A DNA stretch of 64,000 bases from Minwuia sp. Its GTDB lineage: Bacteria > Pseudomonadota > Alphaproteobacteria > Minwuiales > Minwuiaceae. Below are positions 47,501-57,940 of this stretch, piece after piece. The stretch lies in contig JARGNO010000005.1 in the NCBI GenBank assembly GCA_029213165.1, forward strand, positions 42,418 to 106,417, in the 5' to 3' direction. Made by a program: the position numbers and the translations under genes. Numbering within the stretch: the stretch's first letter is position 1; each line of letters opens with the position of its first letter. The notes below the pieces were generated by a model. The model had not been told where the DNA came from. It did no database searches and worked only from the letters and a program-made list of their open reading frames with translations.

Positions 47501-49457
47501 TCTCCAGCAGGGTTGCCGCCGCCTCTGTCCGTGCCGTTACATCGGTCTCGGCCTTCTCAACCGTTGCACCGACGCGCAGCCCGAGCCTTTCGAGCGCGTC
47601 AGAGCGCAGCGCAAATGCACGCTCCATACGCTCCATGCCATCGAGCACCCGGGTGCTCAACTGGTCGATCTGCTCCCCGTGTTCGGCAAGCAGACCGGCA
47701 CTGCGCGTAGTGCGCTGGTCCATGTCATCCATGGCCTGCCCGACATCGCCAAGACCATGGCGCACTGCAGCCAATGCTGCTTCCGTGCGGCTGACAACAC
47801 CGCCAAGTGTCGTGTCGCCCTGCGCCACCGCGGCGTCGATGGAGGACATGATGTCCGAAAGCTCGACCGCACGCGCACCCAACGCCTCAACTTGGGCGTC
47901 GCCCCGCCCGGCAACAGCAATCGCCCGGCTTTCGACCGTGCCGATGTAGTCGGAGAGTTCGCCGATGGAGGCACGCAGCCGGTCCGTCACGGCCATCACC
48001 CGTTCCTCTGACCGCTCGGTGGAGGCAACCGCCATGGAGGCCGCAGCCTTCAGGCGTTCCTCCACATTGTCGATCATCTGCACCGCAGTCCCCTGCATCT
48101 CGGCAACGCTTGCCGCCAGGTCGTCACGCGATTCTGCCATGCGTACGGTATTCGCCGCGAGACGCTGCTCGACCTCCGCGAGGTTGCCAGTCAGACGCCC
48201 GATCTGCCCCGCCATGCCTTCGGTGCGCTCCGAGACCTCCCGGCCGCGTTCGCCCAGTGTCTCGATCTCGGAGGCGAAACGCTGTGTCGCGGCCCAGCTC
48301 CGCTCTGCGGTCGATTGCAGGGCCTGCTCCGCTTCCGCCGTGACGATGCCGATGTCATCCAGCACCTTGGCAAGGCTGGCGTTCCGGGCCGTGATGGCCT
48401 CCGCGCTCTGCCCGGCGCTCTCCGCGCTGCGGCCCGCGATTTCTTCCAGATCCCCGAGCTGCTGGCGACTCTCGGCAATCACCGTCGCCATGGTCGTCTG
48501 GACATTGCCCAGGCCGTCACGCAGACGCGCGATCTGGCCGTCCACGCCATCACGCAGGCCATCTGCCTGATCCATTGTCCTTGCGATGACCTGCGACAGG
48601 GCCTCCATGCGGCCCCGCAGGTCCTGGCTGACGCCGGAGACCCGGCGCACGGTGCTGTCCGCCTCCTCCCGCAAGCGCGCCATCGGCTGTTCCAGCATCG
48701 TGTTGATCTGTCCGGCGCGCTTGGCCACCTGTTCGACAGTATCATCGGCAGCAACCAGCTGGGTGCGTAGCGCGGCCTCGATCTCCGCCGTGCGCCGTCC
48801 GGCTTCCGCCACCGCCTGACCAAGTGCCTGCCCCTGGCGTTCACCGAGTGTCCTGATCTCCGAATCCAGCGCACGCACGTCGTTCAGCAGGGCCTTCTGC
48901 GCCTCTGCCCTGTCGGTGATCGTCTGGCCCAGATGATCGGACTGCTCCGCCGCATGGCGTGCCGCCGCTGAAAGGGCTTCCGTGCCCTTGCCGATGCGCT
49001 CGTCCAGACGCTCGACACGTGTCAGGGCGTTCGTCGTCTCACTCTCCAGCGCCTGGCTGAGACGGCGCAGCGACAGGGTCATCGCGTTCAGACGGGCTTC
49101 CGCTTCAGGGTCGGGAAATGCCATGTCCTTCAGCACTGCGTGCAGGGCGGAGCGGCTGTGGCGGGAGTCGACACTGCGCCAGTACCAGAACCCGGCCAGC
49201 CAGATGAAGGCTGGCGGAACGAAGGCTGCCAGGACGACCAGTGCCACTTCATGCGGCAGCATCAACGTGAGTGCGGTAAGGCCGGCCGACTGCATGAACC
49301 ACGCGCCCACCAGCACGAGCCAGACCGCCGTCAGCCCCAGCAGCATCGCGGCGGTCCCCCGACGAATGCGGTCGAGCGACTCCGCCGTCAGTGGCGTACG
49401 GCTGCGTTCCGGGTCACCGGGGCTCTCGGGTCCAGGGTTTGGCCACTTCAACAGCAT
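44565..49457 (-). CDS. Membrane-anchored long coiled-coil protein, TipN/GPR(RgsE)-like polar scaffold
   Basis: Two N-terminal TMs and ~1400 aa of helical repeats. The C-terminal WRKFYRGDRGFF...FVDLYLNEFE...DVGKLYLLL resembles this family as recalled. Confidence 0.7.
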   Translation of the reverse strand: MLLKWPNPGPESPGDPERSRTPLTAESLDRIRRGTAAMLLGLTAVWLVLVGAWFMQSAGLTALTLMLPHEVALVVLAAFVPPAFIWLAGFWYWRSVDSRHSRSALHAVLKDMAFPDPEAEARLNAMTLSLRRLSQALESETTNALTRVERLDERIGKGTEALSAAARHAAEQSDHLGQTITDRAEAQKALLNDVRALDSEIRTLGERQGQALGQAVAEAGRRTAEIEAALRTQLVAADDTVEQVAKRAGQINTMLEQPMARLREEADSTVRRVSGVSQDLRGRMEALSQVIARTMDQADGLRDGVDGQIARLRDGLGNVQTTMATVIAESRQQLGDLEEIAGRSAESAGQSAEAITARNASLAKVLDDIGIVTAEAEQALQSTAERSWAATQRFASEIETLGERGREVSERTEGMAGQIGRLTGNLAEVEQRLAANTVRMAESRDDLAASVAEMQGTAVQMIDNVEERLKAAASMAVASTERSEERVMAVTDRLRASIGELSDYIGTVESRAIAVAGRGDAQVEALGARAVELSDIMSSIDAAVAQGDTTLGGVVSRTEAALAAVRHGLGDVGQAMDDMDQRTTRSAGLLAEHGEQIDQLSTRVLDGMERMERAFALRSDALERLGLRVGATVEKAETDVTARTEAAATLLEKMAGDASLTVGRATVVVRELLDEMGTRTDRISTSVANANTATAETTSQVDERIAELTLLLRDIERTVADTGVRVAEVEQRARGAVEGLEAGVSALGTATVRLDNQTGDAALHLDSISDLMADRTATLSSFVARLSEVSLEADSDVRARLEGLAGSLEDAMASTRLTTAALAQQATRVETVGGEVASRIDVSIAHVDQRLAEAAQAADGAAARMAEKTAEIALMVGDLGAAAGQAEISISDVRSGLDTVLAEINDGASRMVSEVRSLGSIALRTGDTLKGSTEAVSARNQALLDSFNAAIGALADDGHRIGDLIQSLKDSVGAADTAISPSLDRMATRVHDASELARMMAESLEAGSGAMLVEAEQVRDRLAALTHDLDIRVKGLDTAADAVTTRVIGAAGEIELRAESLGALGSRIGSETLAQAEALATHISALASRVDESESRMSQSGQRIEDASGRSTAAARAATTAIGEAVSAIDAGLGRTGDMELAAGRLASVAEESRNRIGAAADESLSQARNLAQESAQLTDQTRSLVEAAAGGAARLATALANARQETQRFSEAESRARAEAEEIVDALGARVSLVQQMSADLKATGADIDALLAARIDALSHAGDSARQAARDVSTDLTGHQQQFDSMTAAAREHAVGMEQGISEAMARLQAGSVALEQDMGMVFSRLEDGTEQAEKGLSEALGRLQDETTAVEQGASAAATRLQGEATALGRSLLDAGGKGEEAAQTVVDAVAGLQAALATARADAMDADAAATSSTTALERQRKACEAAMAEAQKALADAERVLSAQVGAMASTSKAATMQSGMAAKAFELQVGQLQKASKGAAKAAVELRDRTADNRDKRFLQSAAFVAEGLNSLSLDLHRLLNRDASESEWRKFYRGDRGFFARRLVARSEAKQIAALYRDGDDFRRFVDLYLNEFESLMLNVERADQQGMLSAVFLSADVGKLYLLLCEALDREPAGKRMLQRAS

Positions 49458-49536
49458 GGCGATCCGGCCTTTTCATTCGTTTCAGGTGCCGCACAGGCAT
49501 CGTGTCCGGCGCGGGTCAGGCAAGGGAGGCGTCGCT

Positions 49537-52158
49537 TCAGGATGGCTGATCCGTGCCCAGTTCCACCTCCAGTTCGTCACGCGTCGACCGCATGACCTGC
49601 TGAAGGTACGCCAAGGCCTGCGCGGTGTCAGTCCCTGCCTGCCCCTTCTCCAGCGATCCGGCCGCTTCCGCCAGGTCATCGAAGCCAAGGTTGAGCGCAG
49701 CCCCCTTGATTGCATGAGCCAGTTGCCCTTGCGCAGCGGCATCCAGTCCGGGCAGACCGGTCGCCCAGCCTTCAAGATCCTGCACGAAATGCTGCATCAG
49801 CGCGCGGGAGGTCTCAGGGTCGAGGCGACGGTTCAGCCGATCCTGAATGGGTTGGGCCGATGGGACTTCTTCCTGCTTGCCGCCACCTGCCGCCTCCGCC
49901 GCACATTTGCGCAGCATCTGCAGCAGTTCCTCCGCGTCCAACGGCTTGGCGAGATAGCCATTCATCCCGGCCTCGACACAGCGGTCCAGATATTCATCAC
50001 CCGGATGCGCCGTCATCGCAACGATCGGGACCCGCCCGACAGCACCCGGCAGCTTTCGAACGGCGCGGGTGGCTGCCAGACCGTCCATGTCAGGCATCTC
50101 CACGTCCATCAGCACCATGTCGTAGGGCAATGAGCGCAGCGCCTGCAGTGCCTCGCGTCCTCCGCCAGCGGCAACCGCGTCGTGACCCGCGCTCTCGACA
50201 ATCGATGTCGCAAGCTTCTGGTTCACGGCCACATCATCGACAATGAGCACCCGCAGCCGATGCCCTGACTCCGGTTGGGGCGTTTCGGACCTGCCCGGCT
50301 GGTCGCCGCTGTCAAGCGGTGCGCCCGTCAGCGCCCGATGAAAGATGCCACGTCGCAGCGGTTGCAGGATCCTGGCGTCGAACAGGGCGTCCTCTTCCTC
50401 GCTCTGCGCCTCGACGACACCGACCGGCACGATCAGGATCAGACGCGTGCCGGACAGTGCCGCATCGTCCCTGACCTGGCGCGCAAATGACCCGGCGCCG
50501 CCCCGGATCCGCCAGTCAACCACACAGGTGTCCACCCTTTCGGACTCTCGCAGCATCCCGAGCGCAGCAGCGGGCGATGCGGTCTCCCGGACCCGGGCGC
50601 GCCAGTCACGGGCATAACGGGCCGCAACCTCCCGCATCTTGCCCTCCGACGCCACGACAAGGACCGACGCATGTTCAAGACCGCCCAGCGGTCGTACGGT
50701 GCGACCGTTGCGGACCGGAAGATCGACCGTGAAGACCGATCCTTCCCCCTCGATGCTTACAAGGCGGATGTCGCCGCCCATGGCATTCACCAGCCGGCGG
50801 GAAATGGCGAGCCCGAGACCGGTTCCGCCAAACCGCCGCGAAATGCCGCCGCCCTGACTGAATGGCCGGAACAGCCGTGGCTGAACATCCGCCGGGATGC
50901 CGATGCCGGTGTCAGAAACCTCGAACCGCAGCACGCCGCTCTGGCCTGGCGCCGGTGCGACGGCCAGGGCGACATGACCGGTTTCAGTGAACTTGATGGC
51001 ATTGCTGACCAGATTGAGCAGGATCTGACGCAAGCGTCCCGCGTCAGCGGTCATGATCTCGGGACTGTCCGGGGCAATGTGGCTGGCGACCTCCAGCCCC
51101 TTTGCCTGCGCCCGTGCCGCCATCAGTCCGACGACACTCTCCACCGTGCGCGCCACCTCGAACGGGGCGTCGTCGAGCTCGACCCGCCCGGCCTCCAGCT
51201 TGGTCAGGTCAAGGATGTCATTGATCAGGTTCAGCAATGCGTCTGCTGATTCCCGCACGATCTCCGCATAGGATCGCTGTTGCGTCGTCAGGCGCGTGCC
51301 CTGCAGCAGGTTGGTCATGCCGATGATCCCGTTCATCGGCGTACGCAGTTCGTGGCTGATGGTGGCCAGGAACTCGGACTTTGCGCGATCCCCGGCTTCC
51401 GCCTGCAGGCGCGCAGCCTCGGCGCTGCGGTGGGCGGTCTCCAGACGCTCGATCAGGTCCGTGTTCTCGAACCGCAGCGCCATGGATTCGCGATAGCGCC
51501 GGTTCAGTCCGCGCAGCCAGCCGAGCAGCATGATCAGGGCAATGCCCCCTGCCCCAGCCGTTGCCAGCGCCAGCCGGCTGCCGTCGAGCAACAGCATCAC
51601 CACGATGGGCAGGCTGGTCGGCACCGCGAAGGCAATGAAAGCGGGCGGGTAGAGTGCCCGATGCACGACGGCAGCCACCAGAGAGCCGAACACCAGCAAC
51701 GCCAGAAATGCCTGATGCGGATAGGACGTCGCATCGAAATAGCTCGCCAGACAGGGGCCCCATACCAAGCCTATCGCGGCGGACAGCGCAGTATACCGCA
51801 GGCCCCAGGCCTCCGCCGTACCGGTCTTGGCCGGTTCAGCCTCGAACGCGCGTCGCAACCGGTCGGCGGCGAACATCATGGCGACAACGCCGATGGCCAG
51901 GATCAGGGCGGGCCAGATCGCCGCGCGTTCCAGGAATACCGTGACCAGAATGCCGACGACCATGAAGGGAATGATGCGCAGGCGTCCCGATTCCCGGATC
52001 AGTTCCGCGATCATCTCGGCGCGGATGCGCTGATCGCGGTCGAGCGAGGGCGAATCGCTGGTGCCGTCGAATTCCCTGCGGACCCCGACACCGGAACCTT
52101 CCTTGTCCTTGGCCGCAGCCGCAGACTGCCTGTCTGACAACGCGTCAGCGCTGCTCAT
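49537..52158 (-). CDS. Unorthodox hybrid histidine kinase (TM-HisKA-HATPase-REC-REC-Hpt)
   Basis: FLATISHELRTPMNGIIG, NAIKFT, GGTGLGL, LMDVEMP and the Hpt motif AHAIKGAA. Confidence 0.93.
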   Translation of the reverse strand: MSSADALSDRQSAAAAKDKEGSGVGVRREFDGTSDSPSLDRDQRIRAEMIAELIRESGRLRIIPFMVVGILVTVFLERAAIWPALILAIGVVAMMFAADRLRRAFEAEPAKTGTAEAWGLRYTALSAAIGLVWGPCLASYFDATSYPHQAFLALLVFGSLVAAVVHRALYPPAFIAFAVPTSLPIVVMLLLDGSRLALATAGAGGIALIMLLGWLRGLNRRYRESMALRFENTDLIERLETAHRSAEAARLQAEAGDRAKSEFLATISHELRTPMNGIIGMTNLLQGTRLTTQQRSYAEIVRESADALLNLINDILDLTKLEAGRVELDDAPFEVARTVESVVGLMAARAQAKGLEVASHIAPDSPEIMTADAGRLRQILLNLVSNAIKFTETGHVALAVAPAPGQSGVLRFEVSDTGIGIPADVQPRLFRPFSQGGGISRRFGGTGLGLAISRRLVNAMGGDIRLVSIEGEGSVFTVDLPVRNGRTVRPLGGLEHASVLVVASEGKMREVAARYARDWRARVRETASPAAALGMLRESERVDTCVVDWRIRGGAGSFARQVRDDAALSGTRLILIVPVGVVEAQSEEEDALFDARILQPLRRGIFHRALTGAPLDSGDQPGRSETPQPESGHRLRVLIVDDVAVNQKLATSIVESAGHDAVAAGGGREALQALRSLPYDMVLMDVEMPDMDGLAATRAVRKLPGAVGRVPIVAMTAHPGDEYLDRCVEAGMNGYLAKPLDAEELLQMLRKCAAEAAGGGKQEEVPSAQPIQDRLNRRLDPETSRALMQHFVQDLEGWATGLPGLDAAAQGQLAHAIKGAALNLGFDDLAEAAGSLEKGQAGTDTAQALAYLQQVMRSTRDELEVELGTDQPS

Positions 52159-52261
52159 CGGCGCAGACCCTCTTCACGGGACGTCACATCGACAGTCCCC
52201 ATGACCTCAAGGTCTCACGTCAGACATGCGCAATGCAACGGCGAAGGCTGGCCGCCAACAG

Positions 52262-53020
52262 TCACCAGGCGGTGTAGCCGCCATCGACAATGATCTCCGT
52301 CCCCGTGACGAACTTCGCATCATCGGAGGCCAGATAGACCACGGCATTCGCAATGTCCTTCGGTTCGCCCAGATGGCCGACCGGATGGCGTGCCCGGATC
52401 ATGGCAACGACCTTCTCCGGTTCTGCCTGATTGGCGACATTGTCCATCACCATCGGCGTCTCGATATAGCCCGGGTGAACGGAGTTGACGCGAATGCCGA
52501 GGCCGGTCTGCGCCGCCTCGACCGCCGCAGACTTGCTGAACAGCCGCACCCCGCCCTTTGACGCGCTGTAGGCGGATGTCCCCGCATTGCCCACGATACC
52601 CAGCACTGAAGAGATATTGATGATGGACGCGCCGGGGGCCATGCAGCGGAACCCTGTCCGGGTGCCAAGGAAGACGGCATCCAGATTGACCGACTGGATC
52701 TTGCGCCAGAACGCAAGATCGGTGTCGGCCAGCGGTCGGCTGGCCCCGACACCGGCATTGTTCACCAGGACCTGAAAGCCACCGAAACGTGTCTTCGCCT
52801 CGTCGGCAATCGCATCCCAGCGCGCTTCGTCGGTGACATCCTGCGCCAGAGCCGTTGCCTGGCCGCCCATCCCCTCGATCTCCGTCGCCACGGCGGACGG
52901 TGCTTCGATATCGGTCGCGAGGATCGTCGCCCCCTCCGCGGCACAGGCGAGCGCGGACGCCCGCCCGAGCCCGGAGGCTGCACCGGTGATCCAGACCACC
53001 TTGCCGTCAAGACGCCCCAT
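52262..53020 (-). CDS. SDR-family oxidoreductase
   Basis: TGAASGLG, NNAG, YSASK and VNSVHPG motifs. Confidence 0.95.
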   Translation of the reverse strand: MGRLDGKVVWITGAASGLGRASALACAAEGATILATDIEAPSAVATEIEGMGGQATALAQDVTDEARWDAIADEAKTRFGGFQVLVNNAGVGASRPLADTDLAFWRKIQSVNLDAVFLGTRTGFRCMAPGASIINISSVLGIVGNAGTSAYSASKGGVRLFSKSAAVEAAQTGLGIRVNSVHPGYIETPMVMDNVANQAEPEKVVAMIRARHPVGHLGEPKDIANAVVYLASDDAKFVTGTEIIVDGGYTAW

Positions 53021-53034
53021 TGGTTCGCCTGGCG

Positions 53035-54189
53035 TCAGGAAACGGCGCCGGAGGCACGCAGGCGCGCAACCTCATCGGCATCGAAGCCCCAGTCGGACAG
53101 CGCCTCATCGGTATCATGCCCCGGATCGGGCGCCACCGTGGGCTTGCCCGCAGGCGTACCGGAAAAACGCGGTGCGGCATTGGGCTGGGTGACACCATCG
53201 ACCTCGATGAAGGTCCCGCGCGCGACGTTGTGCGGATGGGCCGGGGCCTCATCCATGTCCAGCACCGGCGCGAAGCAGACGTCAGAGCCTTCCATCACGT
53301 CGCACCATTCGTCGCGGGTCTTCGTGGAGATGACGGCTGCGATCTCGGCGCGATACTCATCCCATTTTGCGGGATTCATCTGCTCCGGCATCGCGTCGGG
53401 CGCCATGCCGAGCTTCTCCTTCAGTTCCGCATAGAACTTGCCTTCGATGGAACCGATGGAGACATGCTTGCCGTCACTGGTCTCATAGACGTCATAGAAA
53501 TGCGCGCCGGTATCGAGGATGTTGGTTCCGCGCTCCTGCTTCCAGCGACCGGCGGCCTTCATGCCATAGATCGCCGTCATCAGGTTCGAGGCGCCATCGA
53601 TCATTGCCGCATCGACAACCTGCCCCTTGCCGGACCGCTGCGCCTCAATGTAAGCGGCGAGGCAGCCAAAGGCGAGATAGAGCGCACCGCCGCCGAAGTC
53701 ACCAACCAGGTTCAGGGGCGGTACAGGTCCGCTGTCCGTCGTGCCGATGGCGTGCAACGCACCGGTAAGCGCGATGTAGTTCATGTCATGGCCGGCCGCA
53801 TGGGCAATCGGACCTGTCTGGCCCCAGCCGGTCACACGGCCATAGACCAGTGCCGGATTGCGCTTGAAACACTCGTCAGGGCCGAGTCCCAGCCGCTCGG
53901 TCACACCGGGGCGCATCCCCTCGATCAGGATATCCGCCTTCTCGACGAGTTTCAGAACCGTCTCGACGCCTTCGGCCACCTTCAGGTTGGCCGCAACGGA
54001 GCGCTTGGAGCGGTTGAGCAGGTCCCACTTGTTGCTGCCACGGTCGATACCGAGATCAGCCGCCGTCTGGCGGTCGATGCGGACAACATCAGCCCCCAGA
54101 TCCCCCAGCAGCATCGCCCCCATTGGCCCCGGGCCAATGCCCGCCAGCTCGACAACCTTCACACCGCTCAATGGTCCCTGACCACGCAT
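53035..54189 (-). CDS. CaiB/BaiF CoA-transferase family III (alpha-methylacyl-CoA racemase-like)
   Basis: VVELAGIGPGP, GHDMNYIAL and GDFGGG motifs. Start moved to MRGQGPL. Confidence 0.92.
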   Translation of the reverse strand: MRGQGPLSGVKVVELAGIGPGPMGAMLLGDLGADVVRIDRQTAADLGIDRGSNKWDLLNRSKRSVAANLKVAEGVETVLKLVEKADILIEGMRPGVTERLGLGPDECFKRNPALVYGRVTGWGQTGPIAHAAGHDMNYIALTGALHAIGTTDSGPVPPLNLVGDFGGGALYLAFGCLAAYIEAQRSGKGQVVDAAMIDGASNLMTAIYGMKAAGRWKQERGTNILDTGAHFYDVYETSDGKHVSIGSIEGKFYAELKEKLGMAPDAMPEQMNPAKWDEYRAEIAAVISTKTRDEWCDVMEGSDVCFAPVLDMDEAPAHPHNVARGTFIEVDGVTQPNAAPRFSGTPAGKPTVAPDPGHDTDEALSDWGFDADEVARLRASGAVS

Positions 54190-54248
54190 CGCAAGTTTCC
54201 TCCCCGGAAATGAATGTGGGCCCATTGTGCGAGACGCGCGGCGGCTTG

Positions 54249-54758
54249 TCATCCCGGACGATGCGCAACCCTTACCCGCTCCGCTGACAGGCGACACATG
54301 GCAAGCAGTGCAAGCAGCTGCGCAAGCAGGGACGCTGCGGTCCGGACGTGATTCGCCCCGGTCCAGGTGGCCGACCATTCCAGCCAGCCTGACAGGCCCG
54401 AAAGGGAGTACTCCGCCAGCGCCCGGTTCATCGGCACGTTCAGCGAAGCGGTAAGCGCCACCACGCCCGCAGCATAGACGGCAAAGGACGCCAGCAGCAG
54501 CAAGCCGGTCGCCCTGCGTCCCTTCAGAAGGCAGATCGCTGCCAGCAGGAAGCCCAGAACGGGCGCAAGTGCAAAGGTGGCGAAGAAGACAGGATTGCGG
54601 ACAGCGATATTGATGCCGCGCATCGCATCCATCGCCGCCGCTCCGGTCAGCAGATCCAGCCCCGGCATGACGGTGAAGGAGAAGGCATGGAAGAATCCTG
54701 CCATCAGCCCCAGAAGCAGGCAGAGCAGAACGACCCCGACGCGGATGCCGACGCTCAT
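54249..54758 (-). CDS. Anthrone oxygenase family (DUF1772) membrane protein
   Basis: AGFFHAFS..VMPGL, AMRGIN...RNP.F, NVPMN and NHVRT motifs. Confidence 0.85.
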   Translation of the reverse strand: MSVGIRVGVVLLCLLLGLMAGFFHAFSFTVMPGLDLLTGAAAMDAMRGINIAVRNPVFFATFALAPVLGFLLAAICLLKGRRATGLLLLASFAVYAAGVVALTASLNVPMNRALAEYSLSGLSGWLEWSATWTGANHVRTAASLLAQLLALLAMCRLSAERVRVAHRPG

Positions 54759-54888
54759 CGTGAAGCTCCGTCGTCGATCTGTGAGCTGTCGACAGGACAC
54801 AAGGGGGGCAAGGCCATATCTGACGGGAAGGCCGGTACAGGGATGATGAGCGGGGCGCATTCTTGCTGACAGGACATTGGTCACTCCT

Positions 54889-54938
54889 AACCGTATTGAT
54901 ATGTACGCTTTGACATGATCGTACATATCTTTACGGTT
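54889..54938. promoter_or_regulatory. Probable TetR operator overlapping divergent promoters
   Basis: 19-bp arms AACCGTATTGATATGTACG / CGTACATATCTTTACGGTT (17 of 19 match) flank a 12-nt spacer containing TTGACA (54910-54915). Confidence 0.75.
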
Positions 54939-55016
54939 CGGTCAAAGTCAATCTGCGCCCCCGCGCGGCGGGCACGTTTCCAGGTTGGCAATCGGAGAGA
55001 AGATCGTGAGGACGAC

Positions 55017-55676
55017 ATGGCAGCAGGCGTAAGAACGGAGAGGCAGCAGGCGCGGCACCGGCGAATAGCCGATGCCGCCTATGCATTGCTGCAGACGGAG
55101 GGTTACAGGGCCACCTCCATGCTTGCCATCGCGCGGCAGGCTGGTGCCTCCAACGAGACGCTCTATCGCTGGTATGGCAACAAGCAGGGTCTCTTCCGGA
55201 CCCTGGTGGAGGACAATGCGGCGGAGGTGCGTGACCTGCTGCAGGCACGCCTGTCGGGGGACGCGCAGCCACTGGACACCCTGTCGGAGATCGCCCCGCT
55301 GTTGCTGCAACTGGTGACGGGAGACCGGGCGGTGGCGCTCAATCGGGCTGCAGCGGCAGACGTGAACGACACAGCCACCCTAGGCAGCACAATAGCGGAA
55401 TCGGGTCGCGGGACTGTGGTACCGCTGATCGGTGCCCAGATCGCCCGGCTGCACAAATCAGGTGAGCTGAGTGGTGGAACGGTGGCCGAAATGGCGGAAA
55501 CATTCGTCGGATTGCTGATCGGGGACCTGCAGATCAGACGTGTGATCGGTGTGATCGACCCGCCTGACAGCGCCGAATGTGAACGGCGTGCCAGGCGGGC
55601 AATCTCACAACTTTTCAGGCTCTATGGCCCGGATCACTCGGCAGCGACAGGTGCCGCCGCGATTGCGCCGGACTGA
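55017..55676 (+). CDS. TetR/AcrR-family transcriptional regulator
   Basis: HTH TSMLAIARQAGASNETLYRWYGNKQGLF. ATG at 55017. Confidence 0.93.
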   Translation: MAAGVRTERQQARHRRIADAAYALLQTEGYRATSMLAIARQAGASNETLYRWYGNKQGLFRTLVEDNAAEVRDLLQARLSGDAQPLDTLSEIAPLLLQLVTGDRAVALNRAAAADVNDTATLGSTIAESGRGTVVPLIGAQIARLHKSGELSGGTVAEMAETFVGLLIGDLQIRRVIGVIDPPDSAECERRARRAISQLFRLYGPDHSAATGAAAIAPD

Positions 55677-57940
55677 TGGTCCTGCGCGCCAACCACCGCT
55701 GCGGCGGTCATGTTGACGATACCGCGCGTGGTGATGGCCGGGGTCACGACGTGAGCTGACTTCTGCATGCCGATCAGGATCGGACCAACAGACATCCCCT
55801 CGGTCGTTTCCTTGACCAGATTGAAGGCAATGTTGGCCGCATCCATGTTCGGCGCGATCAGCACACTGGCGTTGCGGGTCAGGGTCGAGTTCGGGTTGAT
55901 GCGCTTGCGCACCGACTCGTTCAGGGCCGTGTCGCCCTTCATCTCGCCATCGATTTCCAGGTCAGGTGCCATCTTCCGCACCAGTTCCAGGGCCTTGCGC
56001 ATCTTCTTCGACGACGGATCATCATTGTCGCCGAAGTTGGAATGCGCCAGCAGCGCCACATGCGGTTCGATTCCGAAACGATCCACGACTTCCGCGACCA
56101 TGATCGCCATTTCGGCAATCTGCTCCGCGGTCGGATCGTCGGTCACATGGGTATCGGCAATCGCCATCGTGCCACGGTCCATGACCACCAGTTCGATGGC
56201 CGACGGCTCCGACACGCCGGGGCGCAGGCCCACGATCTCCTGCACGAACTTGATGTGGCGATCATAGCGCCCCACCAGCCCGCACAACATGCCGTCCACA
56301 TCGCCACGGTCGAGCAGCAGGGAGGCAATGACGGTGGAGTTCGTGCGGATCAGGTAACGGGCCTCATCCGGTGTCACACCCTTGCGGCCCATGCGTTCCA
56401 CAAGTGCGGTGGTCAGCGAAGCAATGCCGGCATCATTGCCCGGATCAAAGATATCCAGATCGGTGCCCACCTTCATGCGCAGGCCGAAACGCGCGATCCG
56501 GCGTTCGATCACGTCCTGGCGTCCGATCAGCAGCGGACGGGCCAGACCGTCGTCAATGATGACTTGGGCCGCGCGCAGCACACGCTCCTGCTCACCATCG
56601 GCATAGGCGATCTTCTTCGGGTCGGCCTTGGCGCGGTCGAAGACAGGCTTCATCGCGAAGCCGGTCTTGTAGACGTACTCGTTCAACTTGGCGCGATAGG
56701 CGGCCATGTCCTCGATCGGTCGGACGGCGACACCGGAGTCCATCGCAGCCTGCGCAACGGCGGAGGAAACCTCCACCATCAGGCGCGGATCGAACGGCTT
56801 CGGAATGATGTAGTCCGGGCCGAACTCCAGGCTGTCGACACCATAGGCCTTGGCCACGACGTCGGAGACTTCCTGCTTCGCCAGATCGGCGATGGCCTTG
56901 GTGGCCGCAACCTTCATTTCCTCATTGATGGTCGTGGCGCCACAGTCCAGCGCACCCCGGAACAGGAACGGGAAGCAGAGCACGTTGTTGACCTGGTTCG
57001 GATAGTCCGAACGGCCCGTGGCGATGATCGCGTCGGGGCTGGCGGCACGCGCTTCCTCCGGCAGGATCTCCGGATTCGGATTGGCCAGCGCCATGATGAT
57101 CGGCGTCTTGGCCATGGTCTTCACCATGTCGCCGGTCAGGGTGCCGGGACCCGAGACACCGACGAACACGTCAGCGCCCTTCACCGCCTCACCGATGGAA
57201 CGGGCATCGGTTTCGACGGCCCAATGCTCCTTGTACTTGTCCATCTTTTCCTTGCGGCCCTTGTAGATCGGGCCGGAGCGGTCACAGACCGTGATGTTCG
57301 ACTTGGTGACACCCAGGGAGACGATCAGCGCCATGCAGGCCTGCGCCGCGGCACCCGCGCCGGAGCAGACGACCTTGATCTTGTCCAGGTCCTTGCCGAC
57401 AACGCGGCAGGCATTGTAGATCGCGGCGCCGACACAGATGGCGGTACCATGCTGGTCATCATGGAAGACGGGAATGTTCATCCGTTCCCGGCAAAGCCGC
57501 TCGATCTCGAAGCAGGCCGGTGCGCCGATGTCTTCCAGGTTGATGCCGCCGAAGGTCGGTTCCAGCGCCGCAACGACCTCCACCGTCTCCTCGATCCCCA
57601 TCTGGTTGATCTCGATATCGAAGACGTCGATGCCAGCGAACTTCTTGAACAGGACGGCCTTGCCTTCCATCACCGGCTTGGAGGCCAGCGGACCGATGTT
57701 GCCCAGCCCCAGAACGGCGGTGCCGTTCGACACCACGGCGACCAGGTTGCCGCGGGCGGTCATGTTTGCCGCCTCCAGCGGATCCTCGTGGATCAGGGAG
57801 CAGGCCGCAGCCACACCCGGGCTGTAGGCCAGCGACAGGTCGCGCTGGTTTGCAAGTTTCGTGGTCGGCTGGATGGCCAGCTTGCCCGGCGTCGGATAGC
57901 GGTGGTAGTCCAGCGCCATCTTGTTGAGTTCGTCGCTCAT
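55634..57940 (-). CDS. maeB: Malic enzyme fused to a phosphotransacetylase-like domain
   Basis: [34 protein letters not shown] and [14 protein letters not shown], followed by a PTA domain. Confidence 0.95.
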   Translation of the reverse strand: MSDELNKMALDYHRYPTPGKLAIQPTTKLANQRDLSLAYSPGVAAACSLIHEDPLEAANMTARGNLVAVVSNGTAVLGLGNIGPLASKPVMEGKAVLFKKFAGIDVFDIEINQMGIEETVEVVAALEPTFGGINLEDIGAPACFEIERLCRERMNIPVFHDDQHGTAICVGAAIYNACRVVGKDLDKIKVVCSGAGAAAQACMALIVSLGVTKSNITVCDRSGPIYKGRKEKMDKYKEHWAVETDARSIGEAVKGADVFVGVSGPGTLTGDMVKTMAKTPIIMALANPNPEILPEEARAASPDAIIATGRSDYPNQVNNVLCFPFLFRGALDCGATTINEEMKVAATKAIADLAKQEVSDVVAKAYGVDSLEFGPDYIIPKPFDPRLMVEVSSAVAQAAMDSGVAVRPIEDMAAYRAKLNEYVYKTGFAMKPVFDRAKADPKKIAYADGEQERVLRAAQVIIDDGLARPLLIGRQDVIERRIARFGLRMKVGTDLDIFDPGNDAGIASLTTALVERMGRKGVTPDEARYLIRTNSTVIASLLLDRGDVDGMLCGLVGRYDRHIKFVQEIVGLRPGVSEPSAIELVVMDRGTMAIADTHVTDDPTAEQIAEMAIMVAEVVDRFGIEPHVALLAHSNFGDNDDPSSKKMRKALELVRKMAPDLEIDGEMKGDTALNESVRKRINPNSTLTRNASVLIAPNMDAANIAFNLVKETTEGMSVGPILIGMQKSAHVVTPAITTRGIVNMTAAAVVGAQDHQSGAIAAAPVAAE

